In this document: piece by piece, positions 12,001-22,430 of the stretch
Position numbering within the stretch: the first letter of the stretch is position 1
How the letters are laid out: each line of letters begins with the position of its first letter
Assembly (NCBI RefSeq): GCF_026571515.1
Contig: NW_026867385.1
Span: 62,001 to 126,000, forward strand
Source: Ruditapes philippinarum
Taxonomy: Eukaryota
Direction: 5' to 3'
DNA length: 64,000 nt
Translations under genes and position numbers: made by a program
The notes under the pieces: generated by a model
Database searches by the model: none
What the model saw: the letters and a program-made list of their open reading frames with translations, nothing else
What the model was told of the DNA's origin: nothing

Positions 12001-15000
12001 GTGTAAAGTTTCAAGTAAATATCTTTGAAGACCTTTAACCAAAATTTCTAAGTTTCAAAGGGGCAAATAATTCTGCAAATATTGCAGGCAGAGTTATGCA
12101 ATTTTGCAAACTGATGTACATTGTTACTATAAAAAAGTATTTTAAATTTCAATTGAATATCTCAAGCAATAATTGAGATATTTCATTTTACAAAAAAACT
12201 TTAACCAAAACTTTTAAGTTACAAAGGGGCATAATTCTGTCAATATTGTAGGCAGAGTTATCCAACTTGTCAATCTGATGTACCTTGTTACTATAAATAA
12301 GTATTGTAAGTTTCAATTGAACATCTCAAGCAATAATTGAGATATTTGACTTTACAAAAAACTTTAACCAAAATTTCTAAGTTAAAAAGGGGCATAATTC
12401 TGTCAATATTGTAGGCAGAGTTATCCAACTTGTCAATCTGATGTACCTTGTTACTATAAATAAGTATTGTAAGTTTCAATTGAATATCTCAAGCAATAAT
12501 TGAGATATTTGACTTTACAAAAAACTTTAACCAAAATTTCTAAGTTAAAAAGGGGCATAATTCTGTCAATATTGTAGGCAGAGTTATCCAACTTGTCAAT
12601 CTGATGTACCTTGTTACTATAAATAAGTATTGTAAGTTTCAATTGAATATCTCAAGCAATAATTGAGATATTTGACTTTACAAAAAACTTTAACCAACGC
12701 AGACGCGGACGCTGACGCCGACGCCGGGGCGACTACAATAGCTCTCATATTCTTCGAATAGTCGAGCTAACAAAACAGAGATAAATTTATAAGCTTTTTA
12801 CAATATGTTATTCCATAATAAAATCCTGAGGCTTATATGAACCTATGTCAGACATGTCCCCCCTGAACCTATGTCAGACATGTTTTCCACCACTTTCAAA
12901 AACCCTTTTACTTTATTTTTATTGTTGTACCAAACAATTGTTTGCAATATTTTACCCTTTTTCCAGGACTCAGAGAAAAGTTTGTATCTTAGTAGAAATG
13001 TACAGAATCAAAGACTGCCCTATCACAGACATGTTGTACAGATTAGGAATCTTCTTGCTACATATATAAACATAATTTATAACTAAAAGATAAATATTAT
13101 ACAGTGGCTTTTTTTCTGTGGCCCTTTAAATCATGAAAATTAGTATGCCATTATTTAAGAATTTTGTCCTATTTTGTACATGTAAAACTTAACTATTTAA
13201 AGTAGAATAAGTTTAAATCATGTGTAAATAACTACAATTTGACAATATTGTGAAAATTCCTTTTACAGTGAAAATAAGATATTTTTTTAGTTTTGTTAAT
13301 AAGGCCATAATTTGGCGTCAAAACTGCTTCAAAAAAATCACTGAATATTGTTTGGTCTAACCTCTGATCCAATTAAAGTACCATTAGATGAGAGCTGTAA
13401 AGTTTTCAAGGTCCTCCTCTCTTCATTTTCCATTGTAGCTGTTTTCATCTAAAAATAAATAAGAATATCTATTTCAAAAATTTATAACAATAAATTGTAA
13501 AGACTTTATTCACAGATTTTTACCAAAAATGTAGCAGATTATATGTAATATACATTATTTACACAGAAACAAGAAACACTTTAACAAAAGAAACATCATA
13601 TCCTTAAGCAATACCAAGATTTTTTTTTCTTTGTTACAAGTTTGTAACTGTAAGCACTGACTCAATCTCTGGACAAATCAGGTTCTTTCTCATATTATCT
13701 GGGAATTTGATAAGTTGTTTAAGGCTGGCTGCAATGTGTCATAGATTATGTTATTCTAAACATTGTTTCAAGTACAGGGCAAAAAATATTATTAAGGGAT
13801 GTGTTCTTAGTTCATCTACACCCATTTGGTGTAGTCCTATAAATATGACACCATTTTCAGATATTTTTGCTTCTGGGCAAAGCAATGTCATTTATAAATT
13901 GCTCAAAAAGCCATTGAATCTTCCGCAAGAAAATCTTGCCGACGAAAATACACTCAAGTCAGCGTATAAATACATAAATTTTGACCTAGTCATGAACAAA
14001 AGTAAAAAAATAAATACCATTAAAGAAAATAAGTGTAAAGAAATGCATCTTTCCGTTCAAAAATTTGGAATCAATCTGTAAAGTGCTCTGTTTAACTAGT
14101 ATAGCGGATAGGCAAAATTAGATTGTTGTTTTTATTTTATTTTAAATTGATATCAAATCTATGTTGTTTGAGAGTTTTTGTTAATGACTGAGCATGAAAA
14201 GGAAAGAAAATTTGATAAAGATAGTATATATCTCCATTAATAATTACATAGCATAGTAAACAAAAATATAGACAAATGGTAGAATCTACATGTCGATAGC
14301 TTCCTGATAGTGGGCCGAATTGATCCGTGCAGATTTGACCATGGGCCGGGTTGGTTAAGGGTCGAACTGACATCTGTTTCACTATTGGGACGGTTCACAC
14401 CAAGACAGTTCACACCAAGATGTTGGACTTCTTTTTCATGCCAAATTTATTCTGATACTTGTGATATACTAAAATATACCTTAAATTTAATAAATATAAA
14501 TTAAAAAACTTAAAGAGGATTTCACTTTGTCTCAGTACTTTAAGTTTGTATATCATACAAATGTAATTGTTAAAGCTTATTTATTTTTTTGGCTTGATAG
14601 GATCATCTAATATAATTCATTTATTTCTTATTATCTGATTAAATATTATTTTACTTTTGTTATATATCTAATACAAAACTTTTGGAGAAGTTTTTGTTCC
14701 CAAGACCTTTTTTACATTTGGCTGTTGTCTGAAAACATATAATAGTCCAATAAACAACTGATCAGTAAACTGTTGATGCAGTGTTTATACAACTTATTTA
14801 ATAGTGATGTCAAACTGTTAGTTGATGGTCCTATTGTTTATACAACTAATTAGGTGACAAGATTACTGTTTACACCACAATTATATAAGTTTGTTTAATT
14901 GCTACTGTTTAATAAATTGATAAAGAAATAATTTAAAAGATTAATTGATTTTATAAACAATTTTTTTTTGCATTTCATAGTTTTAGACTTACAAAAAATA

Positions 15001-16064
15001 ATAAATTAAATATATTTAATAAATTTAAATTTTTATGTTATTCTATTATATTTTTTAATCTATTATACATAGAATTTTCTCATGTCGTTAGAAATAAAAT
15101 TTTAGAAATTTGTCTTTCATTTCAACCCATAATTAAATGAGTAATCTTCTAATAATTTATCATATGTCCTCATTGAAACCAATATATTCACTCCTAATAA
15201 CATGAATAATTCAAAACACTGTTTAAACCACAGATACAATGGATAGAAATCTCTGACAAGAGACAATAGTCAGATAAAGACCCACAATTCTTTGAGCGCT
15301 TCGGTAATGGATTTTCATCGGAGAAATATTTGCGTGGAAAAGTGTGTACATGGTACGTTTCACAATAAATAACTAATGCTTCTTGTTTAAGTAGAAAATG
15401 TTTTGTCTTTTTTGTTCTCGTATTCCGGAATTCAAAATGGCGATATTTTGTCTACTTTTACCCAGGATGCATCAAATCATGGAAAATCCAGCGACATATG
15501 ATAACTTACGTGAACACAATTCCGCCAATTATGAATTTAACTGTGTGACGTCACAGTTTCTTGTCCATCTATATTTAGCTCCATAGTTTAAACAAAACAA
15601 AATTCACTTTTCTGAGCAGATAGTATAACGTTTAGATTATATTATTAACACATTCTGTAACATTTCGTAATATTTTTTTTTTTAAAAATCATTCATAAAT
15701 TCTTATTAACTTCACCCTCAATATCAATAAAAAAAACATAAAATTTAATTTCCCCTAAATATCAAATGAAAAAGATATTTGTTAACTTTCCTTAATAATT
15801 ATAAACATTTTTTTTCAAAAATGGGAGTGAAACGTCTAGGTGTGAACCGTCTTGGGACGGGAGTGAAACGTCTCAATAGTGAAATGTCACCCACTTTATA
15901 TTTCGACATCAATTATATATACATATTAAGCATGTTAATGTAATTTTTTGTAAATTTTCTTCTCCTTTAATTTATACCATATCTTTCTTGAAAGTTGGTT
16001 GATTTTCTTTGTTCGTTCTCTTTTCGTGCACTGTGGATGTCATTTTTCGACCTTTTTGTGGCAT
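5866..16064 (-). CDS. GMNN: Geminin (DNA replication licensing inhibitor), six coding exons, about 254 aa (247 aa from the second ATG at 16043)
   Basis: Exons 16064-15978, 13448-13362, 10889-10646, 8592-8510, 7064-6975 and 6039-5866 join in frame with GT-AG sites. The product has D-box RRTLKTLQL, the geminin signature QEAYDLMVKDPIPESYWRELAEERRLSLAEALAENEILH and a D/E-rich C-terminus. Confidence 0.92.
6190..6420 (-). mobile_element. Degenerate tRNA-derived SINE (family A; related fragments at about 7205-7280 and 33185-33310)
   Basis: Shared ggtcatatg...tttactggtrgaggaagac...tcctcrcatgaa blocks at three dispersed positions. Confidence 0.55.
6508..6860. mobile_element. Dispersed MITE-like fragment with TTAA-AGG end; inverted relative at about 53480-53750
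   Basis: Starts ttaaaaggaac. Internal blocks (aaataaattgaaaatc, aaacgcttttcatttt) recur as reverse complement in the insertion found only in array copy 2. Confidence 0.45.
6975..7064 (-). CDS. GMNN: Geminin coding exon 5 (LHQSMEELKEENQNLSLLAGQAEHLASVLN)
   Basis: Acceptor ctatag|CTG, donor AAT|gtaagt, 90 nt. Continues the heptad pattern. Confidence 0.9.
7281..8167 (-). mobile_element. hAT-superfamily internal-deletion derivative with BED zinc-finger relic
   Basis: TIR tagggttggata / tatccaacccta; perfect 8-bp TSD GTTGAAGA (7273-7280, 8168-8175); subterminal cgatac/ccggta repeats; frameshifted BED finger SPVWAHF..CIYC..GNTSNLIKHLRLKH at about 7560-7700. Confidence 0.88.
8290..8480 (+). mobile_element. 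Degenerate tRNA-derived SINE (family B)
   Basis: Core cttagtgctggttggttccaggaa, present as reverse complement at about 30270, 43590 and 56565. Confidence 0.55.
8510..8592 (-). CDS. GMNN: Geminin coding exon 4 (DPIPESYWRELAEERRLSLAEALAENEI), start of coiled coil
   Basis: Acceptor tttgtag|AC, donor ATT|gtatgt, 83 nt. YWxExAExRR geminin-family motif. Confidence 0.93.
8656..8978. mobile_element. MITE with CAGGG TIRs and 5-bp TSD (hAT5-like), inserted in an older MITE (about 8615-9060)
   Basis: TIR cagggattgaaaa / ttttcaatccctg; direct repeat ATGTG at 8651-8655 and 8979-8983. Host halves resemble the MITE at 24115-24355. Confidence 0.72.
9070..10585 (-). mobile_element. HINE/pearl-like element 4, about 161 bp internal array (geminin intron 3)
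   Basis: aactag end; subterminal atgcccc / ggggc; gacaga microsatellite near 10515; anchor gagataatg at 9491, 9642, 9802, 9963, 10124 and about 10285. Confidence 0.75.
10646..10889 (-). CDS. GMNN: Geminin coding exon 3 (KHSGKSR...REVETQTS...HESETQTD...DQEAYDLMVK)
   Basis: Acceptor ttccag|AAA, donor AAAG|gtattt, 244 nt (phase 0 to 1). Overlaps ORF 10596..10793. Confidence 0.9.
11334..12770 (-). mobile_element. HINE/pearl-like element 5, 163 bp internal array (geminin intron 2)
   Basis: aaacaag + hairpin gctgtctgtaggacagc; subterminal IR gctcgactattc (11361-11372) / gaatagtcgagc (12756-12767); (GACGCN)n microsatellite; near-identical 163 bp units at 12170-12695. Confidence 0.85.
13362..13448 (-). 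CDS. GMNN: Geminin coding exon 2 (MKTATMENEERRTLKTLQLSSNGTLIGSE), D-box
   Basis: Acceptor ttatttttag|ATG, donor GAG|gttaga, 87 nt. RRTLKxLQ matches the geminin destruction box. Confidence 0.9.
14368..15890. mobile_element. Putative TIR element with short subterminal repeats in geminin intron 1
   Basis: tttcactattgggacggttcacacc (14377) is inverted-complementary to ggagtgaaacgtctcaatagtgaaa (about 15860-15884); repeated gacRgttcacacc units at both ends. No TSD resolved. Confidence 0.45.
15978..16064 (-). CDS. GMNN: Geminin coding exon 1 (MPQKGRKMTSTVHEKRTNKENQPTFKKDM), contains KEN box
   Basis: 87 nt, phase 0, donor ATG|gtataa. In-frame ATGs at 16064 and 16043; the second has A at -3. An E2F motif lies immediately upstream. 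Confidence 0.7.
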
Positions 16065-16067
16065 CAA

Positions 16068-16078
16068 TTTTCCCGCGG
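16068..16078 (+). promoter_or_regulatory. E2F-binding motif TTTTCCCGCGG at the geminin 5' end
   Basis: Matches TTTSSCGC a few bases upstream of the first ATG. Geminin is a known E2F target in vertebrates. Confidence 0.6.
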
Positions 16079-16304
16079 TAAAATCAATTATGCGAATGGA
16101 AGACAATAATCGAAACGCGCAATATTTTACGAAATGAGATATACAGTAGGGTCAGATTCAACAATCAGGAAACAGGAATTTAAATCATTTTGATATTTTT
16201 ATTGGAGATATATATTAATAATATATTCTTCATTTATTCGTTACTTCAAGTCCTGTGTCTAAAATGTAAAAATAGCTGAAAAAAATCTGATCCTCCAGGC
16301 ACAA

Positions 16305-16725
16305 AAAGCAAAATTACATGAAAATTGCAGACTCGGTTTGTTTAAGTCTGTATATGAGTGATAATGAAAAGTTGAAACATCCCCACGCCCACTAGCACCG
16401 GCTTGAGCGGTACTCAATTTTCAACACTTAAAAATGCTGGACTAAATGATCCCGCTGGACCAGAAAAATATAACTACACTGTTCAAAGTGAAGTACGAAC
16501 GGGACAACCTTTTACAGAAGTCACACAACACTTGCCACCTGATGTTGTGATGTATAAATATCTGGAAAAAAGGTGATCCATCGGAAGCTTTAAAAAACAG
16601 CAAAATAACATGGAAATTGCAGACTCGGTTTGAATGAGTCTGTACATGAGGGATAATGAAAAAGTGCTACATTCCTCATGTCCCCTAGCACCAGCTTGTG
16701 GGGTACTTAATTCTCAACACTTAAG
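16305..16725 (+). repeat. Two direct copies of a roughly 125 bp dispersed MITE terminus ending ttcaacacttaa
   Basis: ttgcagactcggtttg...ctagcaccrgctt...caacacttaa at about 16325 and 16617. The same family occurs at about 46340 and 58805, and inverted at about 48310, 50985 and 62070. Confidence 0.6.
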
Positions 16726-17409
16726 TCACATTTTCTTAATTTGACAAAAATCTTATATCTAACTTAGTTGTTTTCCTTTATTTGGGGGTTATATTTTTCA
16801 TGTTAGAATATATCTTTAATCAATTTATCACCATAATCTCTCACAAGGAAGGTGTTGATATGATTAGATACATGAAAAATGTCTATGACTTTTAATATAA
16901 ATGTATACGTATTTATATACCTATTAGATGTAATAGTAACACTTTTCTTTAATTACTTTGATAACTTTCTGTCGTTGAAATTCCTGTCTTTGTACTGTAG
17001 GTAAAGTAACTAATACGAAGAGGCTCCCCTTACGTGGTTTCAAAGTCCACTAGAAATAAAATTGTCGTATTTTTTTTCTTAAAATTTCAAAAAAAAAAAC
17101 TGTGTTTGTACAATAACATAAGATCGAGCGATCCGTGATTGAAACCTACATCCATTTTACAGCTTGCTGTTGAATGCCCCGATTATGATTATAGCTGGGC
17201 ACTGGGCAGCAAACGTAACACTCATTATCAGTTGAAATCATAGGCAATTTTGAAACTGTTTATAGTAACAAGTGCATGTAAGAAATTCTTTTTGACTGAT
17301 AAACATATCAATTAAAAACATTTTACATAGGTTTTTCAAAAATATTCTTGTTACGCTTGTTATCAACAATAATTATTTAGATAATCTTTGTTAAGAAATA
17401 TGTCATGGG

Positions 17410-18455
17410 CTTCTTCTTCTTCTTCTTCTTCTTCTTCTTCCAATATAGTACAGAAACCTTCCGACGTATACTCGTACTAGCGCAGCACGGTGTGAGAAGT
17501 ATCTATATATGTACAAAAGTGATTTAAAAGGTTCTATGTATAGTGCTGGTAAAATGTTTAAAAAAAACACCTGACAGTCTATCGGAGAGTGGGTGGTAGT
17601 ACTTCCCTCTAGAAGCTGTCTATTGTTGTACAGCTTACAACTGTCTGAGGAAGACTGTTTCAGAGGCGGATGGTGTCTGGGTAGTAAGATCGCTGGTAGC
17701 ACTGGGTTCTTGCAAATGGTACCAGGTAGTGAAGTCCATGTCCTCGAGCAGAAATGATTGTGGGTGAGGTTGGATGTGGGGACTTCAAATAGGCCGTTGA
17801 CTATGCGGTACATCATGGTCACCTTAATTAGCATGGGTTCTGCGTTCTCGGCGGGTAGGCCACTGTAAGTGTTGCAGCATCGGCGTCCCACTGCTGGTTC
17901 TTCTATAGTCTGAGAAGACCATTCTTGCCGCTGGGCGCTGCACCATCTCCAGTTTCCAGATATTTGCCTAAGTGAATGGGTCCCAGATGATAGAGGAGTA
18001 TTCCACCAGAGGTCTCACGAGGGTCATATAGCAGAGCTCTTTGGTCCTTCTTTGGCATTTATGGATGTTTCTCTGTAGAAAGGATGTGGCATTGTTGGCT
18101 TTCTTTGTAATGAGGTCAATGTGATGATTCCAGTTTAGTGACTTTTGGAAGTTGAGGCCTTAATATTTTTCTGTATTTACTTCTTCTAAGATGTGTCCAT
18201 AAATGTTATATGATTGTCTGATTGGTTTTTCTCTTGTTTTTTATGTGGAGTATCTTGCATTTTTGAGGGTGGGTTTCCATCAACCATTCCTTTTCCCATC
18301 TTTGTAGTCTATCTAGGTCCTGCTGTAGGGCTTTAGCATACTAGTCTGAATGGATAGAGCGGTATATGGCACAGTCGTCAGCAAACATTCTAGTTGTGTA
18401 TTCAGGTGATACATAGTTGGGTAGATCATTTATGAAGTCGAGAAATAAGAGAGAG
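17410..18455 (-). mobile_element. 5'-truncated, degenerate non-LTR retrotransposon (CR1/L2 group), RT 3' part with (GAA)n tail
   Basis: Minus-strand translation LLFLDFINDLP...RMFADDCAIYRSI...LQQDLDRLQRWEKEWLM with stops and frameshifts; (CTT)10 at 17410-17440 marks the 3' tail. Confidence 0.85.
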
Positions 18456-18605
18456 ATCTTCGTTGATTTGAAGAAACTAAATGTATATTGTACCCTTTAC
18501 CTGGGACTCATAACTGGGAGATGGGACAAAAAAATAACCGGTCACTGTATATTTTGGTCAGCTATATTTAAAAGTAATAATGAAAAGTCTCTGTAGCTGG
18601 CCCAG

Positions 18606-18616
18606 TAATAATAATA

Positions 18617-18682
<66 letters not shown>
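18606..18682. repeat. (AAT)n microsatellite
   Basis: About 25 nearly perfect trinucleotide units. Confidence 0.95.
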
Positions 18683-18684
<2 letters not shown>

Positions 18685-19775
18685 TACATTCCTTTGTAAT
18701 AAAAATGAAAATAAAGAATTTAAGTAGTCCATATATTTCAAAATTGGTGGAAAATGGGCAGGGAAGAACACATTCCTAAATTTAGAGGTATTTGACCGAC
18801 CTCTAGTAACAACGGTTTTATCCAATCGATATGCAAGATTATAATGACGTCATTAATTGTGTACATGTAGGCAAGTAATGGCGACTGAAAAACCGTGACA
18901 TCCATCGTTGTAATGATTTTGTCGCAGTTAGTTTAATGTAAGCATATGTAAAGAAATATAATTATGCAATTTTCACAGATAATGAAAAATTTATGCGCAT
19001 GCCATATGTTTTCATTTACATATAGTCGTTGTACAGGAAGGCAATTGAAAAAACTACTTAGAAATTAAGCAAAATTTATCATTGGGTACCCGGTAGGGCA
19101 TCTTTCCCGATTGACAGTGTAATCCGCAAGACACCAGAAAACTCGAATGTTAACAAGTTGCCCTATTATCTGATATAAGGGTAAAAGGTTTTGTACAGAC
19201 ACCACTTTTGTAATTTGTTTAATACAGTGTCATCAGTGAGAGAGAAAAAAAAAACATGTTGCATTTTTAACCAAGTCAAAATATTTTTGCAAGACAAGAT
19301 AACTTGGCAAACCTTGATTGATTCTCATTAGACAAATGTACGGGATTAGTTGTTGTTCAGATATTTGTATTGGTCGATTTCACAGTATTCTCTGCTTTTT
19401 CATTGGCCAGTTTCAGTGATAGTCGCAGTTTCAGTTGCATCTAGGCTGTGTGATTCACCATATTTTTTTATGCATATGAAGTCGGTGCAAGCCAAGTTGT
19501 GCATCTGATCAGATGATCTTTTCAACTTAATTCAGCTTTCAGTTAATCTCCATTGTATCTTGTAATGCTTCTGCCATGTTACTTTTTCACTTGCGGTAAT
19601 GACTAAAATACAGACTGAAATGCATGTAGCAGCCGACCGGGTCATCTCGGGTGTATATTGACAGTTTGATCGGAGCACTTTACTAGTATACATCAATATT
19701 TTATTTTTTTCTATTTCTGTTGTTGACGATTTCTGTCAAAAATACCTAAAATCTAAAATAAATGAATTCTTTCCG

Positions 19776-20622
19776 GTAAGTCAGTCAACATTTGAAAAAG
19801 ATCCCCCACATTTTTCAGTTTGGTGGGCAACAATCCATAATTTTAAAATTCTAGATGCAACACTGATATCAGTTTCATATGAATGATCTGATTTTTTTTA
19901 CCTTTGATTTTAAATAAAGACTTTAAGATCAAAATACTTTTAATAGATTCAATTCTATATAGCTTTACTCAAAATTACTGCTTAATTTCTGATGTCCTAC
20001 GCAGGGTTTTCATTTTTATCCGACGCAACAGATGCTCGAAAGAAAAAAACCAATTTTGCCAAGGGTCAAGGGTGATACTCTGAAATACAGGCTAAAAATA
20101 CAACCAATTTTAAAAGCATTTTAACCTATGGTTTGAATCGCCAATCGGTTAATAATGAAAACCCTGTCCATGTGAAGATAATGATTTATTACCCTGTTAT
20201 AGGTATTACTGGATGTGATCCCAAGGCACTGAAGTACTTGTTCCAGCTCTTCATCACAGTTTATGTCTATTTCATGAATATCAGACAGCAAAAAAAAAAT
20301 GTGTACTTTCTAACATTTAGCCATTGGAAAATAAATGAGTGGCATGCAGATAGATATGAAATAGAATGTTAGTAAAAAGAATTTTGAAATTGTTGACACT
20401 TATTTAGATTCTGTTGTTATGATGAAGATTAAAGAATAAATTCTCAAGCACTGTCTTCATTCTAATTACAATAATTAAACTTCATGTCACATGCATGTAT
20501 AGTAGTCTGAAATAGTATGTTTAACTTCGTATTGGCTGTAAAGTAAATACATATGAGTTTTGCAAGTACAAAAAATGTAGTTTATTTGACGCTTGAATAA
20601 TTTTTGTTCCTTCTATTTTCAG
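19776..20622 (+). other. Probable 5'-UTR intron of the Kelch-like gene
   Basis: Donor CCG|gtaagt at 19775/19776 and pyrimidine-rich acceptor ttctattttcag at 20622, 76 nt before the ATG. Confidence 0.55.
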
Positions 20623-20698
20623 TGTTTTTACATCTGAAGAGAATTTACAAATAGAGAAGTAGCCATTAGACAGGAAGAAGTTTGAGTAACGTGACAGA

Positions 20699-22430
20699 AT
20701 GGCTGAGGTTGGAGCAGGAAGTCTTGTGGATGACAAGCACGTGTTGATGGATGTTGGATATGGAATGGGAATTCTGAAACAGCTTAATGAAATGAGAGCC
20801 AAGAAACTCTTCACTGACACGATCTTGTGTCTCGGTCAGGAGGAGTTCCCTTGCCATAAAAATCTCTTATCAGCAAGTAGTCCTTATTTCCATGCGATGT
20901 TTACTAATGATTTAAGAGAAACGCGTGATATACGTGTTCCCTTCGCTGATATTTCTCCCTGGACATTTAAGCGTATTATTGACTACGTGTACACTGGTCG
21001 TTTAGAGATCTCAACAGATAATGCTCAAGAAATGCTCACTGCTGGTTGTAGATTCCATTATCCTGCCATTGTCGATGCTTGCTGTACTTTCTTAAAGCGA
21101 CAGTTACATCCCTCAAACTGTTTAGGAATTCAGTTATTTTCTCAGATCCATTCCTGTAAGGAGTTAGAGGACAGTACTACAAAGTATGCGCTTGAAAATT
21201 TCTCCTCGTTAGTTCAGTATGACGAGTTTTTAGAACTGCCGTTAGAAAAATTGCTGTGGTTTGTATCGAGTGATCATATCGAGGTACGAAATGAAGAGAC
21301 CGTGTATAATGCTGTCATGCGATGGATAAAGTATGATGTTGAAGATAGGAAAAAAAGTGTTCTCCAGTTACTTCAAGAAGTCAGATTGCCTGTGATCAAT
21401 ATTAATAATTTACGAAGCATGGAGAATGAACCTCTTTTACAAAATTGTGATACTTGTATGGATCTAGTCAGACAAGCACAAATTAAACATGAAACAATTC
21501 ATGATCAGTATGGTAGAAGAAGGAGAAGCATGCAAGATACGATGTTCCATCCAAGGCCATCCACTATTGCTAAAGAGGTAATAGTGGCAGTGGGCGGTTT
21601 GAATGGATTCGTAACAAGAAGCGTTGAAATGTTTGATCCCCAGAAAGATGCCTGGTCGTCCTTGCCAGACTTTCCGAAACCTGTCACATGGTTCAGTATT
21701 TCTGCTGTAGTCAATTGTATAATTGTGGCCGGAGGAATTCTTGATAATACAATTATTGACAGCGTGTGGAAGTTTGATACTTTGGTGGGCGGGGAAACAA
21801 TAAATAAGAGTCAGAAAGCGAAACTGCCCCACGTGCTTTACGATAGATTAAATTTTTTTGGGGGAGTGCATTACGCTAAATTTGAAAAATTTTTTGATAG
21901 GGCTGTTTTTGAGTGGGTTTACCCCTCCCCAAAGGGGGTCAAAATAGGGAAATTTTTCTTTCCCGCGGGGAAATTTTCTTTTAAAATTTTCCCATTTTGG
22001 AAACTGGTGGGAAGGGAGGGGGGTTTAAGGGGGGGCTAAAGGCAAAAAAAGGAATCTATGAAGGGGCTGCGGGCATAAACTGAAACCCCTTTCCCTAAAT
22101 TTTTTCTTTCCCAAGGAAATTTAAGGTTTTTTCTCAATAGTGGGCCCTTAAAGGATTTTTTCATTGGGGGAAAATTCAAAAAAAGATCAACTTGATCCTG
22201 AGAAACTCATTTTCCAAAAAACCCCGGGATAGGGAATTTGCCCCTAAAAAATGGTGCCACCCTCCTTAAAAGACAAGATTTGTGATTAGGGGGTGACTGA
22301 CCCTTTGAGGGGGGGATAAACGGGCCTCATGCCCTGATTTTTTGATGCTTTGATCCCGAAACAAAGACTTGGGAAAAAGAAAAAACCCCTGCTTTAAACT
22401 AGGGGTTTCCATTCTTGTGTATTTTATTGT
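20699..22430 (+). CDS. Kelch-like protein (BTB-BACK-Kelch, CUL3 adaptor), KLHL21/KLHL24-like
   Basis: ORF 20699..22039 has BTB (FTDTILCLGQEEFPCHKNLLSASSPYFHAMF), BACK (PSNCLGI...EETVYNAVMRWI) and Kelch repeats (PRPST..EVIVAVGG..VEMFDPQKDAW). After about 21785 the sequence is homopolymer-corrupted, but a Kelch remnant (FDPETKTW, about 22350-22372) indicates the true CDS runs to about 22430. End is approximate. Confidence 0.88.

Noticed and set aside
12291-12642. Two near-identical 62-aa ORFs
   Set aside because: Products of the 163-bp repeat in HINE element 5.
17403-17891. 162-aa ORF ending in poly-Arg
   Set aside because: Partly off-frame LINE 3' region; the poly-Arg is the (GAA)n tail.
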